A stretch of 64,000 nucleotides of DNA from a bacterium (GCA_021818465.1 JAKAEA010000001.1:41972-105971); one strand, 5' to 3'; positions 46,404 through 57,385 are shown, counted from the stretch's first letter. Made by a program: numbers and translations. Notes: generated from the sequence alone by a model not told the origin.

Positions 46404-47636
46404 TTATTCAATCCGAATGAAGGTTTTTTTTCCGATTCGATATGTACCATGATGCGCTCTAGTGAATGGATCAAGTATTTTTTCTTTTGTTTCTATATTT
46501 ACAACTGCCCCCTCTTCAACAAGACGACGCCACTGCGTTTTAGAAGATACGCTGCCTTCATCTACAAAAACATCACCGAGTAACTTGGTACTATCAGCTG
46601 AAATCGTTAGTATGTTTTCAGGAACACCGCCAGCGGAAAAAACCTCTTGAAAATTTTTTTGAGCCCGATCAGCAGCTTGCACACCGTGGTACATACCAAC
46701 AATTTCATGAGCAAGTTCTATTTTAAGATTTTTAGGATTTTCTCCCGCCATGAGCCGGTCTTTTTTTTCTGCAATTTGTATTCGTGATAAACGTGTACAG
46801 TCAGTAAACATCTGTTCTATTCCCTCATCAGCTAAAGCCATTATTTTACCAAACATATTTTCCGCTGATTCATTAAGACCAATACCGGTGCCCAAACTTT
46901 TACTCATAAGTTTTTCTCCTGTGACAGGATTTTCCAAAAGAGTAGTGGTCATGACAAACTTATCTCGATTAAGGTAGCGCTTAACGAGTGTCCTCCCCGC
47001 GAGCATGTTAAAAGTTTGGTCGGTGCCACCAATTTCCATATCGACAGCAAGCGCCACAGAATCGTAGCCTTGCAAGAGTGGATAAAAAAACTCGTGAACA
47101 AAAAGTGGTTTTTTTTCCTGCATTCTTTTTTCAAACATATCTCTTTCGAGCATATGTTGCACAGTAAAGTTTGAACTAAGCTCAATAATTTTTTTAAGAC
47201 TGAGTTTGGCAAGCCATTCACTGTTAAACCTAAACTCTATAGGGTTTTGTTTGTTTTTGAAATCAAGAATCTTCCCAATTTGTTGTTTAAACGATGTTAG
47301 ATTTTTTTGTACATCCTTTTCAGTAAGAGGGATTCGCGCGGACGTTTTGTCGCTTGGATCTCCAATCATCGCAGTAAAATCACCTACAAGAACAATAATT
47401 TTATGCCCAAGCTTATGGAGTCTTTCGAGAATAAGATAGTTAGTGGAGTGGCCAAGATGCACATAGTCGGCAGTTGGATCAATACCGACATATACAGAAA
47501 TTTGTTTACCAGACAACAATAGCTCTCGAAGTGCATCACGCGAGGGATAAATAGTGTCAATCGATCGTGAAATAGCCTCCTCAATTTTTTCCTTATCAGT
47601 ATCAATGGATGTATTTTTTTTCCAAATCATGACCAA
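46404..47636 (-). CDS. tyrS: Tyrosine--tRNA ligase
   Basis: YVGIDPTA..HLGH, IGDPS, YPLLQGYD, GGTDQ.FN, LMSKS. Confidence 0.97.
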   Translation of the reverse strand: MVMIWKKNTSIDTDKEKIEEAISRSIDTIYPSRDALRELLLSGKQISVYVGIDPTADYVHLGHSTNYLILERLHKLGHKIIVLVGDFTAMIGDPSDKTSARIPLTEKDVQKNLTSFKQQIGKILDFKNKQNPIEFRFNSEWLAKLSLKKIIELSSNFTVQHMLERDMFEKRMQEKKPLFVHEFFYPLLQGYDSVALAVDMEIGGTDQTFNMLAGRTLVKRYLNRDKFVMTTTLLENPVTGEKLMSKSLGTGIGLNESAENMFGKIMALADEGIEQMFTDCTRLSRIQIAEKKDRLMAGENPKNLKIELAHEIVGMYHGVQAADRAQKNFQEVFSAGGVPENILTISADSTKLLGDVFVDEGSVSSKTQWRRLVEEGAVVNIETKEKILDPFTRAHHGTYRIGKKTFIRIE

Positions 47637-47680
47637 ACTTTACCATATTTTCGTATTATATAGAAAGAATTTATGATACT

Positions 47681-50239
47681 ATGTATATGATGAAGTATAT
47701 GCGGTTTGCTAGTGAAAAACGCCGTCTTTTGTGGCGAATATTGGGTATTGTGGGCGCTCTTTTTTTTATCTGTGCCGGCGTATTTGTTTTGTGGGTCGCT
47801 TCTCTCAAACTCCCAAGTATTTCCACCATTCCCCAACGAGCATTGGCCAGCTCCACAAAAATCTACGATCGTAATGGTGTTCTTTTATATGATCTTAATC
47901 AAAACAGTAAACAACAAGTAGTCGCATTTGATCAAATTTCTCCATACTTAAAAGAAGCAACGGTCGCGATTGAAGATCCTAATTTTTACAACGATTACGG
48001 TGTGGAGCCAATGGCTATTTTGCGAGCAATGTATGTAGATATACTAACTGGAAGTTTTAAAGAAGGAGGTTCTACCATAACTCAACAAGTAGTAAAAAAT
48101 ACTCTTCTCACTGACAATAAAAGTCTTATACGGAAAATTGAGGAGGCTATTTTGGCAGTTAAATTAAATTTCAGTACAAGTAAAGACAATATTCTTAATC
48201 TATATCTTAACAGCTCCCCATACGGTGGAAATTTATATGGCGTTGAAGAAGCGGCGCAAACATATTTTGCTACTTCATCGGCAAATGTTGATTTGGCTCA
48301 GGCTGCTTATATAGCCGCACTTCCCCAAGCACCAACGTATTATTCTCCCTATGGACAAAATAGAGCGGCTTTAGATGCTCGTAAAAATCTCGTTCTTCAA
48401 AAAATGCTGCAATATGGCTATATTACACAAGCTCAATATACTCAAGCAGTAAACGAACAGGTGGTGTTTCAACCCCAACAAAACCAAGGGATCAAAGCGC
48501 CAGCTTTTGTTATGTTTATAAAAAACTATCTTATTCAAAAATATGGCCAAGATGTTGTTAACAATGACGGATTACAAGTCACAACAACACTTGATTACAA
48601 TCTCCAAAAACAAGCTCAACAAATTGTACACCAATATGCACTAGAAAACGTTAAGAAATTTGATGCCACAAACGCTGGCATGGTCGCGATTGATCCTACT
48701 ACTGGTCAAATTTTAGTTATGGTCGGATCACGTAATTATTTTAGTAAAAACATTGACGGCCAATATAACGTAACCACAGCTCTACGCCAACCAGGTTCGA
48801 CCTTCAAGCCATTTGTCTATGAAACAGCGTTTGAGGAGGGGTATACGCCCAATACGGTGGTGTTTGATGTGCCAACTCAGTTCTCAACCTCTTGTACTTG
48901 GCAAGGTATACCACTTTCTTCCACAAGTACAAATGCTGCACCTTGTTATTCTCCAGTAAATTACGATAATAAGTTTTTGGGACCAATTTCTTTTCGTGAC
49001 GCTTTAGCCCAATCTAGAAATGTTCCATCCGTTAAAGTGCTCTACTTAGCAGGGTTAGATAAATCTCTACAAACAGCACAAAATATGGGTATATCCACTC
49101 TTTCAGGTGCAGATAAATACGGTTTGACGCTTGTTTTAGGTGGCGGTGAAGTAACACTCTTACAAATGACTAGTGCATACGGTGTTTTTGCTGATAATGG
49201 TATTAGAAATCCTTACACAGGTATTTTAAAAATTGAGGATAAATATGGCCACGTTTTAGAACAATACCAACCAGACCCACAACAAGTATTACCCCTTCAA
49301 CCAACCTTAGAATTAAATAATGTTCTGAGTGACAACAACGCTCGTATGCCACTCAATGGCCCAGGATCAGCGACTGATTTTCCTAACAGAGACGTTGCTC
49401 TAAAAACAGGGACAACAAACGACGATCGCGATACATGGACTATTGGTTATACTCCCCAAATTGTCGTTGGTGTTTGGGCTGGTAACAACAACAACACACC
49501 TATGCACCAAATATCAGGATTAATTGCCGCACCGATGTGGCGCGCTTTTATGAATGTAGTATTGGATCAACTTCCACAAGTTAATTTTCAACAACCTAAT
49601 CCAATAAACCCCAATCTTAAACCTATCCTTCGTGGATTCTGGCAAGGTAATCAAACTTATTTTATTAACAAAACATCTGGTCAACTAGCCACAAGCTATA
49701 CACCAGCAATGGATCGTAAAGAAGTTTCTATACCAAATATCCACAATATTCTCTATTGGGTTAACCCTAGCGACCCTACTGGTCCTCCTCCCACAAACCC
49801 AGCATTAGACCCACAATACAACCTATGGGAACCAGCAGTTCAACAATGGGTATCTACCCACATGAATCAACTCAATATAGGCCCAGCAACCCCTCCCACC
49901 CAAACAGACACCTTTCACACCGCCGCCACAATACCAACAATTTCCATTACCTCTCCCCAGCCAAATTCAACACTTACTGCTGGCCAATCAACAAAAATAA
50001 CTCTCAATTATCATAGTGTCTTTCCTATAACCCAAGCCGATCTTTATTTCAACGGTAATTTAATAGACACCCAAACAACCCCCCCATTCTCTTTCAGATT
50101 TACCCCCCAAATCAGTTCTTCAACTATAAGTTCATCAACAAGTTCTAGTACCCCTCTCCTTGGCACAATCAGTGTTGATGTTGTCGATATGTACGATAAC
50201 ACCGCTAGCACATCTCTACCTGTATATATATCAAACTAA
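47681..50239 (+). CDS. Class A penicillin-binding protein
   Basis: ED..FY, GGSTITQQ, RK..E, QPGSTFKP, SRN, KTGT; C-terminal Ig-like domain. Confidence 0.95.
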   Translation: MYMMKYMRFASEKRRLLWRILGIVGALFFICAGVFVLWVASLKLPSISTIPQRALASSTKIYDRNGVLLYDLNQNSKQQVVAFDQISPYLKEATVAIEDPNFYNDYGVEPMAILRAMYVDILTGSFKEGGSTITQQVVKNTLLTDNKSLIRKIEEAILAVKLNFSTSKDNILNLYLNSSPYGGNLYGVEEAAQTYFATSSANVDLAQAAYIAALPQAPTYYSPYGQNRAALDARKNLVLQKMLQYGYITQAQYTQAVNEQVVFQPQQNQGIKAPAFVMFIKNYLIQKYGQDVVNNDGLQVTTTLDYNLQKQAQQIVHQYALENVKKFDATNAGMVAIDPTTGQILVMVGSRNYFSKNIDGQYNVTTALRQPGSTFKPFVYETAFEEGYTPNTVVFDVPTQFSTSCTWQGIPLSSTSTNAAPCYSPVNYDNKFLGPISFRDALAQSRNVPSVKVLYLAGLDKSLQTAQNMGISTLSGADKYGLTLVLGGGEVTLLQMTSAYGVFADNGIRNPYTGILKIEDKYGHVLEQYQPDPQQVLPLQPTLELNNVLSDNNARMPLNGPGSATDFPNRDVALKTGTTNDDRDTWTIGYTPQIVVGVWAGNNNNTPMHQISGLIAAPMWRAFMNVVLDQLPQVNFQQPNPINPNLKPILRGFWQGNQTYFINKTSGQLATSYTPAMDRKEVSIPNIHNILYWVNPSDPTGPPPTNPALDPQYNLWEPAVQQWVSTHMNQLNIGPATPPTQTDTFHTAATIPTISITSPQPNSTLTAGQSTKITLNYHSVFPITQADLYFNGNLIDTQTTPPFSFRFTPQISSSTISSSTSSSTPLLGTISVDVVDMYDNTASTSLPVYISN

Positions 50240-50490
50240 AAACGAATGTCTTTTATAGAAACATTTTGTTTTTTGAGATCGTTTAAAATGTTTTGTTTCG
50301 CGATAAATATTTTATTTTTTATGTTTTGATTTGCTTGTATTTTAACAACAGCGTCTTTTATAAGTATTTCCTCTTCAGTAATGGGTATATGATATGTCAT
50401 AACACAAATATCAATAAATTTTTTCTTAAGATCAAAGTTTACGGATAAAATTTTTCTAAATTTTAAAAAGAAAGTATCTCCAAGTTGCAT
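50236..50490 (-). CDS. Small protein, DciA/DUF721-like
   Basis: Immediately after dnaN; ends K..IL..L...IKDIRF. Confidence 0.45.
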   Translation of the reverse strand: MQLGDTFFLKFRKILSVNFDLKKKFIDICVMTYHIPITEEEILIKDAVVKIQANQNIKNKIFIAKQNILNDLKKQNVSIKDIRF

Positions 50491-50495
50491 AGAAA

Positions 50496-51605
50496 CTATT
50501 TATTTATAGGCATCACAAGATACAAAAAAGAATGGTCATTAATACCACGTATCACAAGTGGTCTACTTAAACCATTAAACTCTAAAGAAATACTGTCCGC
50601 ATCAATAGAACTGAGAGAATCGGAGATATATTTATGATTAAAATTAATATTTAAATCTTCCCCCTCACAAACAGCCTCAAGAGTATTAGAACTTTCTCCA
50701 ACATCTGGATTTTGTGCGGTTATAATAAATTTCTTCTTTCCGGGATAAATAGAAAAAGATAATTTATTAAACTTATCAGAAAAAATAGTGGTTGTTTTTA
50801 AACTACTAATAAAATCTTGCTTAAGAAGAGTTACTGTGGTTTTGGCCTCTTTGGGAATAATTTGCTTATAATCAGGAAATGTTCCATCAATAATACGAGA
50901 GGTTAAATATAAACCATTCGCATCTTCAAAAGCGATTTGGTTTTTATTAACAATAATTTTTATTTCACCTTTAATTTGCTCTAAAATCCTAATAATCTCA
51001 GGGATATTTCTGATTGGGATAAGGAGAGTGGGTATTTCTATTGTTTTTTTGAGGTGTATTTTTTTCTCAGCCAAACGAAAGGAATCGGTTGCTGTAAAAA
51101 CAAGAGATCCGTTTTCAGAATGGATATACACACTAGAAAGCTCTGGTTTTATACTCGAAACAGCGGAACTATACCAAACTGATTTTAAACCATAAACAAA
51201 ATCATTAGAGTGAATTGAAAATATTTTACTATCTTGTTGAGTAAGAACAGGAATTGTTGGAAAATCATCTGGATTTAATGTTTTAATTACTGTTGAAATA
51301 TGAGGGGTTACTACTTTAATAGTCTCTTCAGTTGTTTCTAAAACAATATTTTTTGTTTGTGGTAGATTAGTAATAAAAGAATTTAGAATAGATCCAGGAA
51401 CCACCACAATTCCAGGTTGCTCTATTTTTACAGAAATTTTTATTTCTAGACCCAAATCAAGATTAGTAGATTTAACAATAAGCTCATTGTTTTTAGCTTC
51501 CAGAAAAATACCACTTAAAATTGGTAACGTACTATTTTTCCCAGTAATTTTTTCTGCTCGGTTTATTACATCGACTAATTTATCTTTTACACACTCTATT
51601 TTCAT
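50496..51605 (-). CDS. dnaN: DNA polymerase III beta clamp
   Basis: LPILSG, STNLD, ATDSFRL, SRIIDG.FPDY, LVMP. Confidence 0.97.
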   Translation of the reverse strand: MKIECVKDKLVDVINRAEKITGKNSTLPILSGIFLEAKNNELIVKSTNLDLGLEIKISVKIEQPGIVVVPGSILNSFITNLPQTKNIVLETTEETIKVVTPHISTVIKTLNPDDFPTIPVLTQQDSKIFSIHSNDFVYGLKSVWYSSAVSSIKPELSSVYIHSENGSLVFTATDSFRLAEKKIHLKKTIEIPTLLIPIRNIPEIIRILEQIKGEIKIIVNKNQIAFEDANGLYLTSRIIDGTFPDYKQIIPKEAKTTVTLLKQDFISSLKTTTIFSDKFNKLSFSIYPGKKKFIITAQNPDVGESSNTLEAVCEGEDLNINFNHKYISDSLSSIDADSISLEFNGLSRPLVIRGINDHSFLYLVMPINK

Positions 51606-51826
51606 TTATTATATATAAATACTTATTATTACTATTAGTGGTGTGGATATGGTGATTTCTTTATAAAATCCTTATTTCCTAGTGTATTTTTACTTTTATT
51701 TTTTCCCCAATATACCAACATTATCAACAAATATTTTTTTTGCAAATACACTATACTTTTTTATACACCTAAATTGTTTTAATAAACACAACTAATAATG
51801 TAATTTTCCACAGTTTTATTAACAAA
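51606..51826. other. oriC region (dnaA-dnaN intergenic)
   Basis: Very AT-rich; DnaA-box-like 9-mers at 51642 (TGTGGATAT), 51721 (TTATCAACA), 51804 (TTTTCCACA) and 51816 (TTATTAACA). Confidence 0.75.
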
Positions 51827-53173
51827 TTAAATCATAGATTTAATTTGTTTCAATTCTTCCATTAGAAAATGATCTGTTTTTAATTCATTTTTAATTTTTT
51901 CACATGAATGAATTACTGTTGTGTGATCCCTTCCCCCTAGTTTTTGACCAATAGATGGATATGATTCATCAAATTCTTCTCTAAGGATATACATAATAAC
52001 TTGACGGGGTTTCACCACCTCCTTTCTTCTACTCTTTTCGTAAATCATTGATTCTTTTATATTATAAAAATCAGCAATTGTTTTAACAATATCTTTTGAT
52101 GATACTTTACGTTCAGGTTTAATACTGTTTTTGGTTATGTTTTTTATTTCATTAATACTAAGATCACGACCACGGTGTTTTGTTTGCATAATAACCGCAT
52201 TAAGAATCCCCTCTAGTTCTCGAATATTTCCATCAACGCTAGAGGCTATAAAATCAACAACTTCATTGGGAACGGTAAAGTTTTGTTGCTGAGCTTTTTG
52301 TTGGAGAATAGCAACACGAGATTCTATGTCTGGGTGAGGAATATCAACAACCATACCTGCAGAAAATCTTGATTTTAAGCGGTTTTCTAAGTTTTGTATA
52401 AAATTAGGGTGTTTATCTGAAGAAAAGATAATTTGTTTATTATCATCATAAAAACTGTTAAAAAGATGGAAAAGTTCTTCCTGACTCTTTTCTTTGCCAG
52501 AAAGAAACTGAACATCATCCATAATAATGACATCGTATGCCCTGTATTTTTCTTTGAATGTGTTTGCGCGTTCTTGTTGAACCGCATTAATATAATCAAT
52601 AGCAAATTTTTCTGAAGTGATGTAATACACTTTCTTTGTGGAATTTGTTTTTATGTAATTTCCAACAGCTTGAATGAGGTGTGTTTTACCACGCCCAGTA
52701 TCGCCATATACAAATAAAGGATTATAGGAAATCCCAGGTTTTTTTGAAACAACCACAGCTGCTGTGTGCGCAAGTTCATTAAAAGGTCCGATAACAAAAC
52801 TCTCAAAAGTATAACGTGGGTTTAAATTATCATCTTTGTTAATGTAATAATCAGCCAAGGGTAATTCACTTGTTGGGTTAAAATAAACCGCTTTAGTTTG
52901 CTCTTTAGTGTGTTTGGTATCGCTATTTTTAGTAATAATATATTCAATATTTCGTACCTCAATAGTGTTACGTAAACATTTAATTAAAAATTTATGGAAT
53001 TTATTAAGTAACCAATCTTTAACAAATATATTTGGCACGCTTAAATAAACAACACCGTCTTCAATTTTTAAAATATAGGTTTCTTTAAACCACATTGAAA
53101 AATTAGCTTTTGAAACAGTTAATTCAACCTCAACTAATGCTGAATCCCAGAGCTTTTTTAAGTCGATCGGCAT
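51827..53173 (-). CDS. dnaA: Chromosomal replication initiator DnaA
   Basis: LNPRYTF, YNPLF.YG..G.GKTHL, RL.SRF, NIRELEG, GGRDHTTV. Confidence 0.98.
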   Translation of the reverse strand: MPIDLKKLWDSALVEVELTVSKANFSMWFKETYILKIEDGVVYLSVPNIFVKDWLLNKFHKFLIKCLRNTIEVRNIEYIITKNSDTKHTKEQTKAVYFNPTSELPLADYYINKDDNLNPRYTFESFVIGPFNELAHTAAVVVSKKPGISYNPLFVYGDTGRGKTHLIQAVGNYIKTNSTKKVYYITSEKFAIDYINAVQQERANTFKEKYRAYDVIIMDDVQFLSGKEKSQEELFHLFNSFYDDNKQIIFSSDKHPNFIQNLENRLKSRFSAGMVVDIPHPDIESRVAILQQKAQQQNFTVPNEVVDFIASSVDGNIRELEGILNAVIMQTKHRGRDLSINEIKNITKNSIKPERKVSSKDIVKTIADFYNIKESMIYEKSRRKEVVKPRQVIMYILREEFDESYPSIGQKLGGRDHTTVIHSCEKIKNELKTDHFLMEELKQIKSMI

Positions 53174-53269
53174 ATGAGATAAAAATAAAGGGTAATTAAA
53201 ATAAAAATAAAATTTCTCTAATTATATCTCTGCAAAAGACAACGGGAACTTGTAAATGGTGTGTAAGTA

Positions 53270-53289
53270 TGTTGATAAATTGTGGATAT
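53270..53289. promoter_or_regulatory. Tandem DnaA boxes between dnaA and rpmH
   Basis: TGTTGATAA and TGTGGATAT, each one mismatch from TGTGGATAA. Confidence 0.7.
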
Positions 53290-53306
53290 CATGCTAACCT
53301 ACTCGC

Positions 53307-53441
53307 ATGTCTACAACATATCAACCTAAAAAAACAAAACGAAATAAAACACATGGTTTTTTAGTTCGTCAAAAAACCCGTTTTGGACGTAATACTATTA
53401 AACGTCGCCGGGCTAAGGGGCGAAGACGTTTAGCGGTATAA
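53307..53441 (+). CDS. rpmH: 50S ribosomal protein L34 (not in the ORF track)
   Basis: [44 protein letters not shown]. Confidence 0.96.
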   Translation: MSTTYQPKKTKRNKTHGFLVRQKTRFGRNTIKRRRAKGRRRLAV

Positions 53442-53448
53442 ATACACT

Positions 53449-53793
53449 GTGTTTTCTCGATCGCAAAGAATTTCCAGTTCGTTATTACAAGATATTTTGT
53501 CAAAAGGGCGCGTTAGTAGTTCCCCCCATTTTTCTGTGGTAATAGTTAAAAATATTTCTCAAGGGCCAAAAATAGCCGTTTTAGTATCAAAAAAGGTTGC
53601 CCACAGTGCTGTGTATAGAAACAAATTACGTCGCCAGGCACGATCAAAAATTAAGAGTTTTTTAGAGGAAAAAAAAATTACACCTAACGTAGGAATGATT
53701 ATTTTAGTACATATGGGTTGGCATGGGTCCTTTCCAACCACTTTTGAAGAGGAGATACAAAAACTTTTACTAAAAACAAAAGTGGTAGTATAA
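53449..53793 (+). CDS. rnpA: Ribonuclease P protein component
   Basis: VSKKVA.SAV.RNKLRR; follows rpmH. Confidence 0.92.
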   Translation: MFSRSQRISSSLLQDILSKGRVSSSPHFSVVIVKNISQGPKIAVLVSKKVAHSAVYRNKLRRQARSKIKSFLEEKKITPNVGMIILVHMGWHGSFPTTFEEEIQKLLLKTKVVV

Positions 53794-53803
53794 AAGAGTA
53801 TAT

Positions 53804-54523
53804 ATGGGTAATATTTTTACAATTATTTTCTACATCCCCCTCTATAATGCATTAATTTTTTGCATTAATTTTTTGTCTTTTCATAATGCGGGGCTCGCAG
53901 TGGTTGTTTTAACGCTTATTATTAGAATTATACTCTTTCCCCTATCGCGCCAAGCTATAAAAACCCAACTTCAAATGAAGTTGGTTGAACCGGAATTAAA
54001 AAAAATCCGAGAAACGATTAAAGATAAACAAGAGCAAGCAAAACAAACCATGCAGGTGTATAAAAATAGCGGCATTAATCCTTTTGCGAGCATCATCCTT
54101 CTCATTATTCAATTACCCATCCTTATCGCTCTCTATCAGGTATTTCGTAGCAGTCTTCCTAAGGTTACCTTATCAATCCTCTATCCTTTTATTACTGCCC
54201 CAGGGGTGGTATATATGAGTTTTTTAGGAATAAATCTTACGAGTAGCAGTATTGTATTAGCGATCGTGGCAGTAATAACACAATTTATACAACTCCAACT
54301 GTCACTACCAAAAGTGGAAAAATCAAAAGAACGTTCATTCCAAAACGATCTCGCTTACAATATGAATGTTCAAATGAAGTATATTTTCCCCCTTATTATT
54401 TTTCCCATCGCGTACATTTCTTCTGTTTTAGCTTTATATCTTATTACCACTAACATTTTTATGACCTTTCAGGAGATTTTTGTGCGACGTCGTATGGCTC
54501 AAAAATACACTAAACCAGTCTAG
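53804..54523 (+). CDS. yidC: Membrane protein insertase YidC
   Basis: LT..IR..LFPL, P.LKKI, GINPF...QLPILIALY. Confidence 0.93.
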   Translation: MGNIFTIIFYIPLYNALIFCINFLSFHNAGLAVVVLTLIIRIILFPLSRQAIKTQLQMKLVEPELKKIRETIKDKQEQAKQTMQVYKNSGINPFASIILLIIQLPILIALYQVFRSSLPKVTLSILYPFITAPGVVYMSFLGINLTSSSIVLAIVAVITQFIQLQLSLPKVEKSKERSFQNDLAYNMNVQMKYIFPLIIFPIAYISSVLALYLITTNIFMTFQEIFVRRRMAQKYTKPV

Positions 54524-54525
54524 CG

Positions 54526-55764
54526 TTATTGAAGTCGTAATGCCCAAAGAGATAAATCTATTTTATTGGTAAAAATTAAAAAGTCGTTGTTGGGAGAAAC
54601 CATAAGATTTTCAGCATCAATTGGTTGACCAGCTTGTTGACTAATGGTCCCTATTTGAATTGATTGACCAGTGGTTGCGTTAATACTGTATATGCTATCA
54701 GAGAATGACACCAAACCTTGATACCATGCGTCAGGATAATTTCCACCAGGTAAACTATTAGGGACAGCACAATATAAGATGGTTGTTTGAGTTGGAGACC
54801 ATGCGCATTTATTTGCAATAGTAGCTAGTCCAGTGTTAATGGTAGTGTTTGATTTTATATCAAACATGGACAAGGTTGGGTTGCCGTCGGAGTACGCTAC
54901 TAGAGTGCCTGTGGGGTTTACGTTGGTAACCAAACCGGGAATATCACCTAATATTCTCTGCAAAGTCCCTTTAGTAGAGAGAAAATAAAGATATCCGTTC
55001 ACACCATTAGAGGCTTTTGTTGAAAGAGCTATCGTGGATGTAGTGGGCCATTGAATGTTCCAATCGCTTATTGGTGAAGAAAAGATGGTGGAATTATTGT
55101 TGGTGGTATAGTTTGTTATTTTACCAATGACGCCAGATGCACTTTCTATAAGATAAAAAATTTGATTTCCAGTAGGGTTTGTGGCGATTGCCTCTATGTC
55201 GTCAGGTAAAAAAGTTCCGGTTATTGATGAAAAAGTCGGAGTTGATGTGCTCGCTTCTTTAGATGCTCCGAGTGTTGCACTATATGTCTTAATAGTACTC
55301 TGATTATTATCAAGATACTGTAGGATGGTGGTGCTACCATTTAACCATAGAGAACGATATATTTGAGGAATTGTTTGATCGGAAAGCTCGTTTGTAACGA
55401 CAGCAGATGATGTGGCTAGTGAAATTGAATATATATGCCCAGTAGCTCGATCGGTAAATCTAACAAATTCACCATCTTTTTTTGTGGCAAAAATACCTGC
55501 GCCTGCAATGGGTAATGGATATAATTGTGTTAATGGTTGTATAGTAATAGGTGTTGTGGAAGTGCCGGTAGAAGCGCCATTAAGCGTATTGGGCGGTTGA
55601 CTATTGATCGAATTACTAAGAGGGAAAGGCTGGTAGTTGCTAGAAGAGTTTGAGTTGTTTTGTTGATTTTGGTTTGTTGCATGATGAAAAAAGAGTGTGT
55701 ATATCGCAACTCCTGCCGCAATAAGAAAGAAAATTATTGCAATAATAAATATTTTTTTTAGCAT
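54526..55764 (-). CDS. Membrane-anchored beta-propeller-like protein
   Basis: N-terminal TM, low-complexity linker, repeated P.G..I.Y blades, PD.WYQG.VSFSD. Confidence 0.6.
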   Translation of the reverse strand: MLKKIFIIAIIFFLIAAGVAIYTLFFHHATNQNQQNNSNSSSNYQPFPLSNSINSQPPNTLNGASTGTSTTPITIQPLTQLYPLPIAGAGIFATKKDGEFVRFTDRATGHIYSISLATSSAVVTNELSDQTIPQIYRSLWLNGSTTILQYLDNNQSTIKTYSATLGASKEASTSTPTFSSITGTFLPDDIEAIATNPTGNQIFYLIESASGVIGKITNYTTNNNSTIFSSPISDWNIQWPTTSTIALSTKASNGVNGYLYFLSTKGTLQRILGDIPGLVTNVNPTGTLVAYSDGNPTLSMFDIKSNTTINTGLATIANKCAWSPTQTTILYCAVPNSLPGGNYPDAWYQGLVSFSDSIYSINATTGQSIQIGTISQQAGQPIDAENLMVSPNNDFLIFTNKIDLSLWALRLQ

Positions 55765-55774
55765 ATAATTTTAA

Positions 55775-57385
55775 TTAATGTAAACACTGGACAACACCCG
55801 ATGCGCCATTATTAACCCCTTCCACTGTCTGGTTTGTTCCACTGTTATTGATTACTGTATTAACCCAAAACGTGTGAAAACCGTAAATGGTATTCAATGG
55901 ATTATTATTTTTATATACACAAGAATTTTTATCGCACATAACTTGTTTACTCGGTGTACTACTAAAATTCGGTGTATTTTTGGTTTGATTGGTAGGATTA
56001 AAGTATACGTCAAAATTTTTATATAAATTCGGGTTTGGATTATTCCAAGTAATAGTAAGTCCACCTGGCCCTATGTAAGAATTAGAGGGATTATTTCCTT
56101 GGAGTTTACATGAAGCCTGCAGGTTAGTTACTTGGGGAAGTGTTTGACAAGTGACGGGGTTAGCGTTTGTTACCTGAGAGGTGGAAATTGTTTGCCCGCC
56201 ATATTGAAACTGGCCTATATTTACTGACATCGCATTAACCCATACACAGTAGGTGTTACCTGGAACAGCTTGAAATACTGGACATCCAAATGTTCCCGTT
56301 GAGCTGTCTATTTTACAATCCTCAGTTGTTGTTTGAGGGTTGTTCGTATAATTACTACCACTGTTGCATGTATTAATGTGGGCGGTGTAATCGCTTACAC
56401 CGGCCGTTGCGTCCCCAATAATAAGAAGGCCATCTTGAGCGTTACAACTAGCAACGACTTTTTTAGGCGGCGCTAGTTTGCAGGTGAATGTTGTACCAGC
56501 CGACGGTCCTTCTGTTCCATCTGTATAGAGAGCACTCATCCAAACACTATATACTTGATCTGTTGTAATGGCGGTGTATGGGATTTGGGCAGCAAAAGTG
56601 ATTGGGGTACCAGCAGTTACCCCTCCTTGTTGATTTTTAAATGTCTCAAAACCGGAACTTTTATTATTGTAATTAGAACCGGGCGATACATACACATTGT
56701 ATTTTGTTTGTGGTGTAGCGTTAGGCATATTCCATGTAAGGTAAAATCCTGTTCCAGGTACACAGGAATTTACTTGAATATTGGAGGGCATTTGTTTTGA
56801 TGTTGAAGAAGCAAGATTTGTTGCGGTTCCTTGGATAGAAGAAATTGTGGTAAAGGGATTATTTAATAAATTTGGATTAATGGTGACAATGAGAATGTAA
56901 GAAAAAGCCAGTAACAGTAGACCAAAAACAGAATTTTTAATAATAGCCAAACCCTTTTGTTGCTGGTTTACATTATCTACTGCTGTCATTTTTATAATAC
57001 CGCCATAAACAATGAAAAAAACAGCAAGTACAACACCCAAGCTGACTAGTATTTCAGCAATGGTTATTATGTACGGGACAGGATTGCTGACATTGATTGA
57101 GGATAATCCTTGTCCAGTCGGGTTTGATGGATTAGGAAGCGGGGTAAGAAGTTTGTAGCAATTAAAATTACCGGAATTACTAGGAGATGAACAATCGATA
57201 TTACTCGCTGCCGATTGGGATGCTGGATTGCTTGCGGAGCTCGTTTGCGAAGTAAGTGTTGTTGGCTGTGTGCTGGTAGCGGTTACAATATGGGGCGATA
57301 TATTTTGAAGAAAAAACAAAATGCCTATACAGAGTACAGGTATGTAAATTATTTTTTTTGTAAAAATACCTTGCATGAATATCAT
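55775..57385 (-). CDS. Pilin-like membrane domain fused to Cys-containing extracellular repeats
   Basis: LAVFFIVYGG...I.N.V.GLLLL..SY.L..TINP.L, then three ~100-aa repeats. Confidence 0.55.
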   Translation of the reverse strand: MIFMQGIFTKKIIYIPVLCIGILFFLQNISPHIVTATSTQPTTLTSQTSSASNPASQSAASNIDCSSPSNSGNFNCYKLLTPLPNPSNPTGQGLSSINVSNPVPYIITIAEILVSLGVVLAVFFIVYGGIIKMTAVDNVNQQQKGLAIIKNSVFGLLLLAFSYILIVTINPNLLNNPFTTISSIQGTATNLASSTSKQMPSNIQVNSCVPGTGFYLTWNMPNATPQTKYNVYVSPGSNYNNKSSGFETFKNQQGGVTAGTPITFAAQIPYTAITTDQVYSVWMSALYTDGTEGPSAGTTFTCKLAPPKKVVASCNAQDGLLIIGDATAGVSDYTAHINTCNSGSNYTNNPQTTTEDCKIDSSTGTFGCPVFQAVPGNTYCVWVNAMSVNIGQFQYGGQTISTSQVTNANPVTCQTLPQVTNLQASCKLQGNNPSNSYIGPGGLTITWNNPNPNLYKNFDVYFNPTNQTKNTPNFSSTPSKQVMCDKNSCVYKNNNPLNTIYGFHTFWVNTVINNSGTNQTVEGVNNGASGVVQCLH

